This document shows, piece after piece, positions 17,200 through 27,046 of a DNA stretch of 64,000 nt. Position 1 is the first letter of the stretch. Each line of letters starts with the position of its first letter. Source of the stretch: Gammaproteobacteria bacterium (lineage in GTDB: Bacteria; Pseudomonadota; Gammaproteobacteria; Eutrophobiales; Eutrophobiaceae). The notes under the pieces were generated by a model. That model was not told the DNA's origin, searched no databases, and saw nothing but the letters and a program-made list of their open reading frames with translations. The position numbers and the translations under genes are program-made. The stretch is from positions 11,466 through 75,465 of the forward strand of contig JBHHYN010000001.1 in NCBI GenBank assembly GCA_046757565.1, read 5' to 3'.

Positions 17200-19533
17200 T
17201 CAATGTCCGCTGGTAGAAGCCGCCGGTATCCCGGCATGATGCAGCGTCTGCTGTAGAACTTCCTCGGCAGACAGCCGCTGCAGGGCCGTCAAGGAGAGTA
17301 ACCAGGCCAGTGTGGATTCGGCACCCTCATTCTGGTTCACACCGCCACTTTGCAGACCGTCGCGGCAACCGCCAGTGCCGGCGTCATACAACGGCAGGCG
17401 CAAGTCGTTCTGGCCCAGGAACCAGCTAAAACACATTTTGGCCTGGTCGATCCAATGTTGTTCACCGGTCAGGCGGAAGGCCTCAATACTGGCCTCGATG
17501 AGGGACTGGGCCTCCAGCGGTTGCTGGTCAAAACGGGCCTTGTGACCGCCTTTGGTATACCAGCCACCATTACCAATGGGGACCAGGTGGCCGTCTTCGG
17601 TCTGGATCTGCAGCAGCCAGTTGAGTGCACGCAAGCCCATATCAGTCATGTCATCGCGCTGCATCCACTGGCCGGCCAACAGCAGGGCATGGGGCAGTTT
17701 ACCGTTAGCATAAGTCACGATGTCTTCCGGCCATGGCCAGCTGTCGCTGGCATGACTGGCAAACTGGCCAAACAATCTCCCCGTCAGCCGCTCGCTGATG
17801 CGGCGCGTTTCCGAGTCTCCAGAGAAGACCTCCAGGTAAGCATGTATGCCCATCAGCGAAAGGGCAACGGCCCGTGGCGAGTTAAATACAGCGGCCGCTG
17901 GCAGTGCCCGTTTAAACAACTGTAGAGCCAGCGGCTGTTGCACGGCGCGATCAAGCAAGGGAACGGCCGTACCCAGCCCCCACAAGGCGCGGCCGTGTGC
18001 ATCTTCCGAGCCGGCCGCTTCCAGCCAGCGCCGGTCATAGTTCATGAAGTTCCGGAGGCGGCCGTTGTCCGGGTTAAACGCGTGCAGTAGAAATGCCAGA
18101 TAACGGTTACACAGATCATCCAGCGCTGTCGTATGACCGGGCAGCAGGTGGCGGACCCGGGTGGCGACAATCAGCGCCCGGGCATTGTCGTCGGTGCAAT
18201 AACCGTGATTACGCTCGGCGATCGTGTATTTAGCATGTTGCAGCAGGCCGGTATCGTCGGTCAGAGTGCGCAGATGATCGAGTTTTAGTTCAGGTAATTC
18301 AACGCTGGTGACAGCCTCGCGTTCATGCCGTGGCGACGGCTTATGTGGACTTGGCTTCCAGGCACGCTCGTGTTTCACCTCGTTGAATACATTCAGGTAC
18401 TTTCCCGCCACTTTTTCCCAAACCATTTCGCGGCAAAAATCGTAAGCATTTTTGCGCAGCACATGGCGCTCGGCATCATCATCGAGCAGATCAATGATCG
18501 CGGCCGTCAACGCCTGGGGATCACGGAATGGGACGAGGCGACCACGGCCGCCGGCAAGCATTTCCCCGGCATACCAGTAAGGGGTTGAGATCACCGCCTT
18601 ACCGGTGCCCATGGCGTAGGCCAGGGTGCCGGAGGTAATCTGCGCCTCGCTGGTATAGGGCGTAATGTACAGATCGGCCGCGGCCAGGTATTTGCCCAAT
18701 TCCTCCTGTGTCACAAAGCGGTTCTGGAAGATAACGTATTGTTGCAGGCCCAACTTGGCGACAAGCTGTTGCAGGCCGATCCGGTAGGATTCTCCTTCCT
18801 CCCTTAGTACATGGGGGTGGGTGGCGCCCAGAACGATATAGGCCACACCAGGATGCCGCGCGATGACTTCCGGCAAGGCCTGCAATACATACTCGATACC
18901 CTTGTTCTGGGAGAGCAGACCGAAAGTCAGCAACGCTTTTTTACCGAGCACACCGAACAGGTCCTTATAATAGTTCGGATCCACAAAGGGCAGGTCCGGG
19001 ATGCCATGATGAATAAAGGTAATTTTTTCTTCCGGCACGGCGTAGACATCGCCCAGGATTTCGACGGCCTTGTGACTCATAACCACCAGCTTCTCCGACA
19101 ATCCGGCCAGGCGGTTCATCACCGCCCGGTATTCCTTGTCCGGGTCAGCCAATACCGTATGCAGGGTCGTCACCACCGGCATGCGTAATTCGGCCAGCAG
19201 TTTCAAAATATGGCCGCCGGCGGGGCCGCCGAAGATACCATACTCATGTTGCAGACAGACGATATCAACCTGGTTGATATTGAGAAACTCGGCGGCCATC
19301 TGATAATCGGCGAGCCGGTTCTGATTGATCTCGAAGTGGACCTTTTCCGGATAGGGGTAACCTTCGGGCCTGTCGTTCATCACCATCGTCCAATACTGGA
19401 TGCTGCTATCCCTGGCCGATAGCGCCTCCACCAGATCGGTCGTAAAGGTGGCGATGCCGCACTGGCGAGGCAGGTAGTTGCCGATAACGGCTACGGTATT
19501 GATTAAATCATGATTGGTTCCGATGGGGACCAT
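17200..19533 (-). CDS. Large GT4-family glycosyltransferase with a ~370-aa C-terminal domain of unknown function
   Basis: 777 aa. The N-terminal half has GT-B/GT4 blocks (LGATHPHV..., ITPYTSEAQITSGTLAYAMGTGKAVISTPYWYAGEML). The C-terminal half is Trp/Leu/Ala-rich, helical-looking, with no motif I recognise. Confidence 0.75.
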   Translation of the reverse strand: MVPIGTNHDLINTVAVIGNYLPRQCGIATFTTDLVEALSARDSSIQYWTMVMNDRPEGYPYPEKVHFEINQNRLADYQMAAEFLNINQVDIVCLQHEYGIFGGPAGGHILKLLAELRMPVVTTLHTVLADPDKEYRAVMNRLAGLSEKLVVMSHKAVEILGDVYAVPEEKITFIHHGIPDLPFVDPNYYKDLFGVLGKKALLTFGLLSQNKGIEYVLQALPEVIARHPGVAYIVLGATHPHVLREEGESYRIGLQQLVAKLGLQQYVIFQNRFVTQEELGKYLAAADLYITPYTSEAQITSGTLAYAMGTGKAVISTPYWYAGEMLAGGRGRLVPFRDPQALTAAIIDLLDDDAERHVLRKNAYDFCREMVWEKVAGKYLNVFNEVKHERAWKPSPHKPSPRHEREAVTSVELPELKLDHLRTLTDDTGLLQHAKYTIAERNHGYCTDDNARALIVATRVRHLLPGHTTALDDLCNRYLAFLLHAFNPDNGRLRNFMNYDRRWLEAAGSEDAHGRALWGLGTAVPLLDRAVQQPLALQLFKRALPAAAVFNSPRAVALSLMGIHAYLEVFSGDSETRRISERLTGRLFGQFASHASDSWPWPEDIVTYANGKLPHALLLAGQWMQRDDMTDMGLRALNWLLQIQTEDGHLVPIGNGGWYTKGGHKARFDQQPLEAQSLIEASIEAFRLTGEQHWIDQAKMCFSWFLGQNDLRLPLYDAGTGGCRDGLQSGGVNQNEGAESTLAWLLSLTALQRLSAEEVLQQTLHHAGIPAASTSGH

Positions 19534-19784
19534 TCGCTTTCCTGACTATCCGTTATATTGTCTTTTGAGTAGCATGAATATGGGGGCAAACAGGCATAAT
19601 TCAAGGCGTTCCGAGCGCCGGTGATGGAGTTTATCCACCACCTGCCCGGTTAATTATGATGGCGGCATTCTGTTTCTGCAGAGGGTCTTAACCACCACGA
19701 TACTCTCGTAACCGTGCCATCTTGCAAGGCATCAGGGAACATGGATGCCAGCAAACACGACCCTCACTCGCCAACTCCGATCTG

Positions 19785-21319
19785 TCAGTAATAGCTGAGA
19801 CTCCTGGGCAACAGGTACCGCTCCGCAACTTCAAATATCCCCTGTACCAACAGTGCTAACACGGCGGCCGGGACCGCTCCCTGCAGGATCAGGCCAATAT
19901 CGTCGAGGCGGATACCGGTCAGTATAGGCTGACCATAACCTCCCGCACCAATCAGCGCGGCGATTGTCGCCGTGCCGACATTGATCACCGCTGATGTCTT
20001 GATACCGGCGAGTATGGAACGGGTGGCAAGTGGCAGTTCCACGAGTCGTAAGCGGGCGTTGCTGGATAAACCCAAGGCCTCTGCAGATTCCAGGATTGGT
20101 GTTGGGATGTCACGCAGTCCACTGTGTGTATTACGGATTATTGGTAACAGACTGTAGAGAAAGAGCGCCACAACTGCCGTGGTCCGCCGATACCCAGCAT
20201 GGGAATAAGCAGGACCAACAACGCCAGCGAGGGTATTGTCTGGACCATCCCGGCAACAGCAAGAATGATCTGACCTGCTTCCCTGTAGCGTGCAGCGATG
20301 ACACCGAGCGGGATAGCACAGGCAATGGCCGCGGAGAGAGATATCCCGACCAAAAACAGATGATCCAGTGTATTCCTGACAAACCGCTCAAAAGCCGTGT
20401 CAGTTATTGTTGCTATGGAGATGCCGTAATTGGTCTTTATGAAGTTCGCCACCACAGTGGCCATAGGCAGATGATCGATCTTGACCGCAGCGTTCAGCGC
20501 CCTCATCTGATTGACATTGATACTCCCCGGCAACCTCTCGAGCGCCTGCAAGGCCAGGGGATAGCGTTTCACAAGCCCGGAACGGTAGATAAAGACCGCA
20601 TCATAGGCGGGAAAATAGTGCCGATCATCGGCAAGCGGTTGCAGATTATAGTAGAGGATCTCCGCGTCCGTCGCATACAAATCAGTAACATCCAGACTGC
20701 CGTTTTCCACACCTCTGTAGGCAAGATCGTGATCCAGTCCACGAACATTCCGTTGCGGTAATTGATAATGATGTTTCAGCCCCCGCCAGCCATCCGCCCG
20801 ATCCAGGAATTCATTGCTGAATCCGAACCTGAGTCCGGAGTAACGGCGCAGATCCGATATGGAGCGAACATCGAGTTTTTCCGCCAGCGATCCCGGCATA
20901 CCGATAACATAAGTATTATTAAATCCCAGCGCCTGGGTCATACCTATACCCCGAACGGCCATCACTTCACGCAGCCGTTTGCTACTATGGATCTCCTGAT
21001 CGGCAAATATTTCCTGCATGAGTGTGCCCGTGTATTCTGGATAAATATCAATTTCTCCGGCAAGCAAGGCACTCCACAAAACCCGCGTGCCCCCGAGTTC
21101 GGCCCGGGTTTCAACCGGAATATCGTGATAACGGAAAAACTGCGCGGCAAGTTCCCCCAGGATCACACTTTCGGTAAATTTCTTCGAGGCGACAATGATT
21201 CCGTGGTGTCTATTTTCGTACTTTGGAGCGGAGCTACCCGCACAGCAATAAAACATCCAGACGAACAGATAGAAAAAATAACGGAGAGAATGCTTCATTG
21301 TTCTTCCAGAATCTGCCAC
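19785..21319 (-). pseudogene. Fused substrate-binding + permease component of a glycine betaine/choline-type (OpuBC/ProWX-like) ABC importer, split by a 1-nt frameshift near 20185
   Basis: ORF 20138-21319 has a signal peptide, a betaine-type SBP domain and the first permease helices, ending ...LIPMLGIGGPRQLW.... ORF 19785-20171 continues the permease in another frame (..TTAVVALFLYSLLPIIRNTHSGLRDIP...EALGLS...) with the EAA loop. Confidence 0.7.
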
Positions 21320-22041
21320 GGGTTCCGTTGCGCATTGATAAAAGATTCTACAAACGCATCGGCCGGCTGGTGCAATAAATCATGTAATGTTCCCCGCTGC
21401 ACAACACGGCCGTCACGCATTAACACGATATCATCACCAAAGTAGGCCGCCTCTCCCATATCGTGAGTTACCAGCACCACCGTTTTATGCAAGCACTGAA
21501 AAATATCTTTCAGATCCTGTTGTAATTCATAACGAATCATCGGATCAAGTGAGCCCAGCGGTTCATCCAGTAACAATAGTTCCGGATCCAGCATCAATGC
21601 CCGCATAAGGCTGACACGCTGGCGCTGACCTCCGGAAAGTTCAATGGGGTATTGATTGAGCATCGATGGCGTCAGTTTTACCAGGTGAGTCAGTTCAGTC
21701 AGGCGTTCATTCAAGCGTGTCACGTCCCAACCGAGATATCTGGCCATGATGGTAACATTCTCCGATGCCGTCAGATGCGGAAACAGCCCCCCATCCTGGA
21801 TCACATAACCGGCACGTTGTCGAAACCGGTAGACATTAGACGTATTAATTATTTCATCATCAAAAGAAATCCTGCCTGTATCTGCACTAATAAGACCGAT
21901 CATGAGTCGCAGCAGGGTCGATTTTCCGCTGCCGCTTGGCCCAATCAGGACAGTTGTCTTTCCCTCTCCGATAGTTAGTCCGGTGGGATGAAGTGCCTGA
22001 TTGGCCCCATAGCGCTTGCTGATGTTAGCCAGTTTAAACAT
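21295..22041 (-). CDS. ABC transporter ATP-binding protein of the betaine/choline importer (no CBS domains)
   Basis: Walker A GPSGSGKST, Q-loop, signature LSGGQRQRV, Walker B LLLDEPLGSLD, H-loop VTHD. Overlaps the start of the downstream SBP-permease gene. Confidence 0.9.
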   Translation of the reverse strand: MFKLANISKRYGANQALHPTGLTIGEGKTTVLIGPSGSGKSTLLRLMIGLISADTGRISFDDEIINTSNVYRFRQRAGYVIQDGGLFPHLTASENVTIMARYLGWDVTRLNERLTELTHLVKLTPSMLNQYPIELSGGQRQRVSLMRALMLDPELLLLDEPLGSLDPMIRYELQQDLKDIFQCLHKTVVLVTHDMGEAAYFGDDIVLMRDGRVVQRGTLHDLLHQPADAFVESFINAQRNPWQILEEQ

Positions 22042-22371
22042 TATCCAGGTAATAACCTGTAATTTGGCCCGGTTGCTGGCAAGATAATTTGATTATCCAT
22101 TGGGTATCAGAAGATGTTTCAATTGCTTTTTGGCCCACCGTGCCCCAAAAAACCCGGCAAGATACAATATAGTGATGAAATAACCACTGCCGCAAGACCT
22201 GATGTTAGCAAAGTATAGAACTAAAGGAGAAAATCTAAACTTACTTCCCGAATTGCCGATTAACTATAATCAGGAGGCAATAGTTCTTAAGTACGGAGAA
22301 CGAGAATCGCCCCAAGTCCAACAGACTGTTAAGCCATATTGATAACATTGTAAAAATAACCGAGAGTCGGA

Positions 22372-22896
22372 ATGTCAAAGCCCGGTCATTCATTTCCCTA
22401 TGATGCATTCGTCATTATCATACTGATAATCGTCTCTGGCGGTTCTATCGTGGCAGCCCTGTCCCTGGTTGAAGAACTTCTTTATTTTGCCGATCAATTT
22501 GCTTTCCTGATTTTTTTAAGCGCCGATGCGGCAGCATTAATATTTGCCATTCTGGCCGCATTTTTCAAATTCGAACAAAATGAGTCTGAGATAAAATCCC
22601 GGGCTTCCCTGGAGAGGGCAAAACAATTGGAAGAACGGGGCAAAGATGATGAAAAAATCGGCAAGGCGATATTAATATATAAAAAGGAAGCCCAGAACAA
22701 GTCCACTTCGTCAAGGAAGTTTTCCAATCTGTCGAGTATAGCGGTTAAAGGAGCATTACTGAGTATACTAACCGGATTTATCTTTTTGATTGTATCCCTC
22801 TGGGTTACTCCGGTTTCCAATATGATGGCTACCAGTCCAGTTACTGAAAGCGGGGAAATCTCTGTTGATAACGATGAAAACGCTACTGAGGAATGA
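22372..22896 (+). CDS. Hypothetical membrane protein (2 N-terminal TM segments, charged central helix, 1 C-terminal TM)
   Basis: 174-aa ORF in an AT-richer stretch. Hydrophobic segments FVIIILIIVSGGSIVAALSLV, FAFLIFLSADAAALIFAILAAFF and LLSILTGFIFLIVSLWV. No recognisable family. Confidence 0.45.
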   Translation: MSKPGHSFPYDAFVIIILIIVSGGSIVAALSLVEELLYFADQFAFLIFLSADAAALIFAILAAFFKFEQNESEIKSRASLERAKQLEERGKDDEKIGKAILIYKKEAQNKSTSSRKFSNLSSIAVKGALLSILTGFIFLIVSLWVTPVSNMMATSPVTESGEISVDNDENATEE

Positions 22897-22913
22897 TTCA
22901 TTCCCTTTACAGG

Positions 22914-24173
22914 TTAATTAATAAAATCTTCGCGAATCAGGAATTTCCTTTTTTTCAGTTGAGACCTGGCCTCCCTGGTCAATATACCTGCTGTGACAAG
23001 TTCCCAACTACTGAAACCCGCCATACCTGCCTTTTTTAACAATCCATCAAATAAACGTTCTGTTCTTTCCGACCAGTAAATAATGTCCACCGGGGCCAGA
23101 TAGACTATACGATTATCCGATGTGATTATCTGCAAGAGTTCGTTTCCTGCATATAATTTCTGCAAGCTGATTATATGCTGATGATAATACGCGAGCATCA
23201 TGGCAGCTTCTTCAAAAGTCAGCGCCATGCTCTCGTCTTCAATACCTATGGACGCCTCTATAAATGCTGAACGGTTCCTTACCCCATCAAGCAAGTTTAA
23301 ATAATGAGTGATTCTTGTCTTGTGACGGGGGGAATAAATAGCATGTTGAAGAAATTTTGCACGAATATCCTGGCGAATATTCATAGCTTCAAGCAATTTA
23401 TTATTAATTAGATTAAGATCCGCTATACTTTTGCTCTTTAATAACGCATTAATCCCGGACTCTAATTCAGGGTTAATAACCTTTATCGATTTCCCTGCCC
23501 GCACTCCCATCAAAGGCGACCCTGAGGAAATTATGCCTGCAGATCGAGCCCTGGCAACGGCGTTCAGAAACTCCTGCACTTTCGGATTTGTTGAATACAC
23601 GTCCAAACCCCATTGACTGGCAATATTACGCTTATGCATGGCCGTAACCGGGTCAGCTGACTCTCCGCCCGTATAACTAAAGACCACTTCCGTATCACGA
23701 GGTGTTGCGTTTAGCGTTTCATTCAGATTACTCGTTATCTGCCCCGCCAGATTGGTCGCCATCGACACAGGCCGGGCAATAATATCCAGGGCGGAATCGG
23801 CACTTATTCGTAATTGGCCCCGAATCTTATTGAGTAATTCTCCATTTTGCGCGTTAAACTGGTTTATCGCATGTCCCAGAGTAGTGATCTCTCTGACCCG
23901 GATCCGCAATAATGGCAAGGAAGTCACCTGATACACGCCAAAATCCGAATCGATACGGAAATTGAAGAAATTACCTCTGATATCAGCCTCTTCTACACGG
24001 TGATAGACTGACTGCGCCTGGACCGGGGTCAGAATATCGTGCAAATCTATTTCAGGAATGACTTCATAGGCGCCGGAATAAGGACAATTTAATAAAAGGA
24101 AAAGGGTTAATCCGTGACGGCATACGTGTCTACTTCCCCTGCTCTGCATCATTAAGGCCTTGATTGATTTCAT
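22914..24173 (-). CDS. Hypothetical secreted/periplasmic protein
   Basis: 419-aa uninterrupted ORF with a signal-like N-terminus (GLTLFLLLNCPYSGAYE). No motif I recognise. AT-richer than its surroundings by eye. Confidence 0.5.
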   Translation of the reverse strand: MKSIKALMMQSRGSRHVCRHGLTLFLLLNCPYSGAYEVIPEIDLHDILTPVQAQSVYHRVEEADIRGNFFNFRIDSDFGVYQVTSLPLLRIRVREITTLGHAINQFNAQNGELLNKIRGQLRISADSALDIIARPVSMATNLAGQITSNLNETLNATPRDTEVVFSYTGGESADPVTAMHKRNIASQWGLDVYSTNPKVQEFLNAVARARSAGIISSGSPLMGVRAGKSIKVINPELESGINALLKSKSIADLNLINNKLLEAMNIRQDIRAKFLQHAIYSPRHKTRITHYLNLLDGVRNRSAFIEASIGIEDESMALTFEEAAMMLAYYHQHIISLQKLYAGNELLQIITSDNRIVYLAPVDIIYWSERTERLFDGLLKKAGMAGFSSWELVTAGILTREARSQLKKRKFLIREDFIN

Positions 24174-24229
24174 TCACAGTAATGAATACTTAGAGCGGTT
24201 ATAAAGAAAAAGATTCTTGTTAACAGGTA

Positions 24230-26710
24230 TTAATCGCCATTCTCCCCCAATTGCGCCTCGATATCATCCAGCAGACTCGAATCCGCCTGCTGTGCCGCTC
24301 GTTTAGCAGCCTCTGCAGTCTGCTTGATACGTTTCATGTGCTCCATCTGTGATGCAATATCGGCAAAATTACTCTCTTTTTCTTCCTGTTCCTCACGGAA
24401 CTCGTTCAAATCGGATTCAAGTTGCCGGTGAAGGTCCTCTTCCATAGCTCTCTTTTTTATCAGGTCTTCTTCATTCACTTTCTTTGCAGCAATGGCTTCA
24501 ACATGTGCCTGTTCGGCCTGTTCAATCTCCCTGTTTGCCTGACTGATCTTCTCTTCTGCCGCCTTGATTTCGCCCTTGATTGATGCCTTCCCTGCCTTGC
24601 TCTTTGTGACGGACTTGTCCTCCTGCCAGGCACGCAGGCGTTTTGTTTCTTCTATAGCCGCCTGTTTTTCTTTTTCCGCTTCATCCCTGGCTTGTTGAAT
24701 TTCCTTCATTGTCTCCTGAATCTTGCGTTGCTCCTGTTCCAGTTTTAATCGTTCAGCCCTCAGCTTTTCTTCCTCGACCGCGCGTTCCTGATCCTGTTTT
24801 TGCTTGAACTCAGCTATAATTTGCTCCGCTTCTTCTTTGGCAGCCCTGCGTGACGCTTCAGCAGCGGCCCGTTCACGCCTTGCCTTGTCCAGCTCTTCAT
24901 GATTGTGTGCAAATTCTTTAGCGAGATTACGCCGTTCTTCCTCCAGCTTCTGCCTGGCCTTTTCCTGTATCTTCCGTTCCTTTTCCTCCTGATCTTTTTG
25001 ATTTTTCAAAGCCTCCTGTTCCAGTGCGTGCCTGGATGACACTACTTCCTCTTTTAACTGCATTGCTTCCTGCAGTTTCCTTCTGGCATCTTCCGCTTCC
25101 CGCTCCAGACGTTTCTTCTCCTGTTTGATTTGCCGTTCGGCCTCCTGCTTCATACGCTGCAGTTTTTCCATTTCCTCGGCATTACGTGTGTAGACTTCAT
25201 CAAGCTTCTTCTTTTCAGCCTGCATACGCTTTGCCGCTTCCTCCTTCATGCGCCTGATCTTCTCTTCCTCCTGCTCATGCAGTCTTTTCGCCTCCTTTTC
25301 CGCCTCTTTTTTTGCAGCTTCTATCTTGGCATGCTCCTCCTTGAGCCTGCGCTCCACCTCCGCCTGCATCTCCTTAACGGAAATATTGTCCGCCTTATGT
25401 TTGACCTCTTTTACATTTTTCAACTGCATATTCGTTTTTGCTAGTTCAGCCTCCAGGACCGAAGCTTTAACGCCTGGGTCAATATCCTGTTTAGTGATCT
25501 CTTCGACCACACTGGTTTGCTCAGCCGCTACAGCTTTTAGGGGTGCCTCCTTTTTTGCTGCGGGAGTTGTTTTTTCCTTCTTCTGCTCTGGAGATGGCGC
25601 CTGGGTTACCTCCGAACTCCTGGCGGCCTGTGGGTTATTGACCAGCCCGCCCCCGAGAAAACAGGCATCCAGACCATTTTCCGCGAGCAGGAAGGCGGCT
25701 GTTGAACTGCGCCCACCTGTGTCACAGTAGACGACATAACGCTTATCCCGGGCAAGATTCCTGGCCTGCATTCGAAGGATATTGAGAGGGATATTCTGAC
25801 TACCCTCTATCGCTGACTCCTCATGTTCGTTTTTGAATCGGACATCGAGCCAAACTCCGGGACCTTCCTCGACCAATTTCAACGCATCATCATAAGAGAC
25901 CGATTGCAGTGTTGGTTTTTCAATCAGCTCAATGAAATTATCCTTACTAAGTTGCATAAGTATGCCGTCCGTTAGCATGGAGACTGTAGCATTCCGGGTC
26001 ATTTCAGAGATCAATGCCTCTTCACCGAAACAATCCCCCGCTTCCAGCACCGCCAGATTGATTGCTTTGCCGCCGGATTGAGGTTTTCGAGACACCTGGC
26101 AGCGGCCTTCCTGGATAATGAAATAATGTTCCCCTGGGTCACCCTGCTTGATGACCACGTCACCGCTTTTAAACTCTATCGGTTCCAACAAGGCAAATAA
26201 CTGGTGAATATTTGCCGTTGGCATTCTGGAGAAAAGTTCGGACTGAAGCGTCCTGGTCATCCAATCGACCGCCTCTTCATCTTCAATTTCGCTGATTTCC
26301 ATTTCGGCAACCTCCATGTCCGCACCCGATGTACTGCTTTCCGCCTGTTCCTTATCCTGTAATACAAGCAATTTATCGAGTTCATCCCGGCGTATCTGCA
26401 GGACGACATATGCTGTTTTCGCTTTGGCTGAAAATTGCCGGGGCTGCAGCTGTGCCATCGCATACCTGGCTCGATCCAAGCCGGCCGTTATCACATTGTG
26501 CTGCTGCTCATTGGCATGCATTTCGATCTCGCCCTCGAGCAGATAATACGAAAAATCATCCCGCTCCCCCTGCTTGAAGATATAGCTGCCCTTGCGGCCC
26601 TTCATGATGACACCCTTGTTAATAACTTCGTTCTGCATCCGTGGCGGCAACTCGTTGATGGGAATGAGCTGGCGGATCGACTCCGCATATTTTTCGTTTT
26701 CTGCAGTCAT
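24230..26710 (-). CDS. Multidomain protein: two cyclic-nucleotide-binding (CAP_ED-like) domains + rhodanese domain + ~430-aa E/K/A/R-rich coiled coil
   Basis: Second cNMP domain has a phosphate-binding cassette GDCFGEEALISEMTRNATV. Rhodanese block WLDVRFKNEHEESAIEGSQNIPL...YVVYCDTGGRSS has the active-site loop CDTGGRS. The C-terminal half is continuous charged heptad-like sequence. Confidence 0.8.
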   Translation of the reverse strand: MTAENEKYAESIRQLIPINELPPRMQNEVINKGVIMKGRKGSYIFKQGERDDFSYYLLEGEIEMHANEQQHNVITAGLDRARYAMAQLQPRQFSAKAKTAYVVLQIRRDELDKLLVLQDKEQAESSTSGADMEVAEMEISEIEDEEAVDWMTRTLQSELFSRMPTANIHQLFALLEPIEFKSGDVVIKQGDPGEHYFIIQEGRCQVSRKPQSGGKAINLAVLEAGDCFGEEALISEMTRNATVSMLTDGILMQLSKDNFIELIEKPTLQSVSYDDALKLVEEGPGVWLDVRFKNEHEESAIEGSQNIPLNILRMQARNLARDKRYVVYCDTGGRSSTAAFLLAENGLDACFLGGGLVNNPQAARSSEVTQAPSPEQKKEKTTPAAKKEAPLKAVAAEQTSVVEEITKQDIDPGVKASVLEAELAKTNMQLKNVKEVKHKADNISVKEMQAEVERRLKEEHAKIEAAKKEAEKEAKRLHEQEEEKIRRMKEEAAKRMQAEKKKLDEVYTRNAEEMEKLQRMKQEAERQIKQEKKRLEREAEDARRKLQEAMQLKEEVVSSRHALEQEALKNQKDQEEKERKIQEKARQKLEEERRNLAKEFAHNHEELDKARRERAAAEASRRAAKEEAEQIIAEFKQKQDQERAVEEEKLRAERLKLEQEQRKIQETMKEIQQARDEAEKEKQAAIEETKRLRAWQEDKSVTKSKAGKASIKGEIKAAEEKISQANREIEQAEQAHVEAIAAKKVNEEDLIKKRAMEEDLHRQLESDLNEFREEQEEKESNFADIASQMEHMKRIKQTAEAAKRAAQQADSSLLDDIEAQLGENGD

Positions 26711-27046
26711 CGCTATATATTGCCTGAAAAAACCATTGTTGTTTCAGCTTCTGAAAGAAATAGATGCATTTTTATAAGCGCCTGATTTTATACTGTTTCC
26801 AAGTATAACCGTCTCGTTGCAAGGCGCCAGCTTTACGGTCACCTTTTCCGGCAAATGCTACAACATTCACGATTGGACGGGAATAGCTGCTAACCTGCAT
26901 AGTGTATGATTTCTGCGGTACGGGGCATTATAGCCGCTCGTGGCCGGTTTCCCCCGGATCGGTTAACCTGCCTGATAATTTCAAAATTGACTTTGCTTTA
27001 AGAAGCGTCTATTAGTAGAGGTAAATGTAAACAGGATTTTGCTGTC

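Noticed and set aside
12240-22100. A defined genomic island integrated at ssrA with attL/attR.
   Set aside because: I found no integrase gene and no second copy of the ssrA 3' end by eye. Only the degraded flank supports past integration, so no island boundaries are called.
25130-25730. Leu/Phe/Ser-rich + strand ORFs (25130-25444, 25248-25730) as membrane proteins.
   Set aside because: They are the antisense translation of the E/K-rich coiled-coil region of the 826-aa protein. GAA/AAG repeats read backwards give TTC/CTT.
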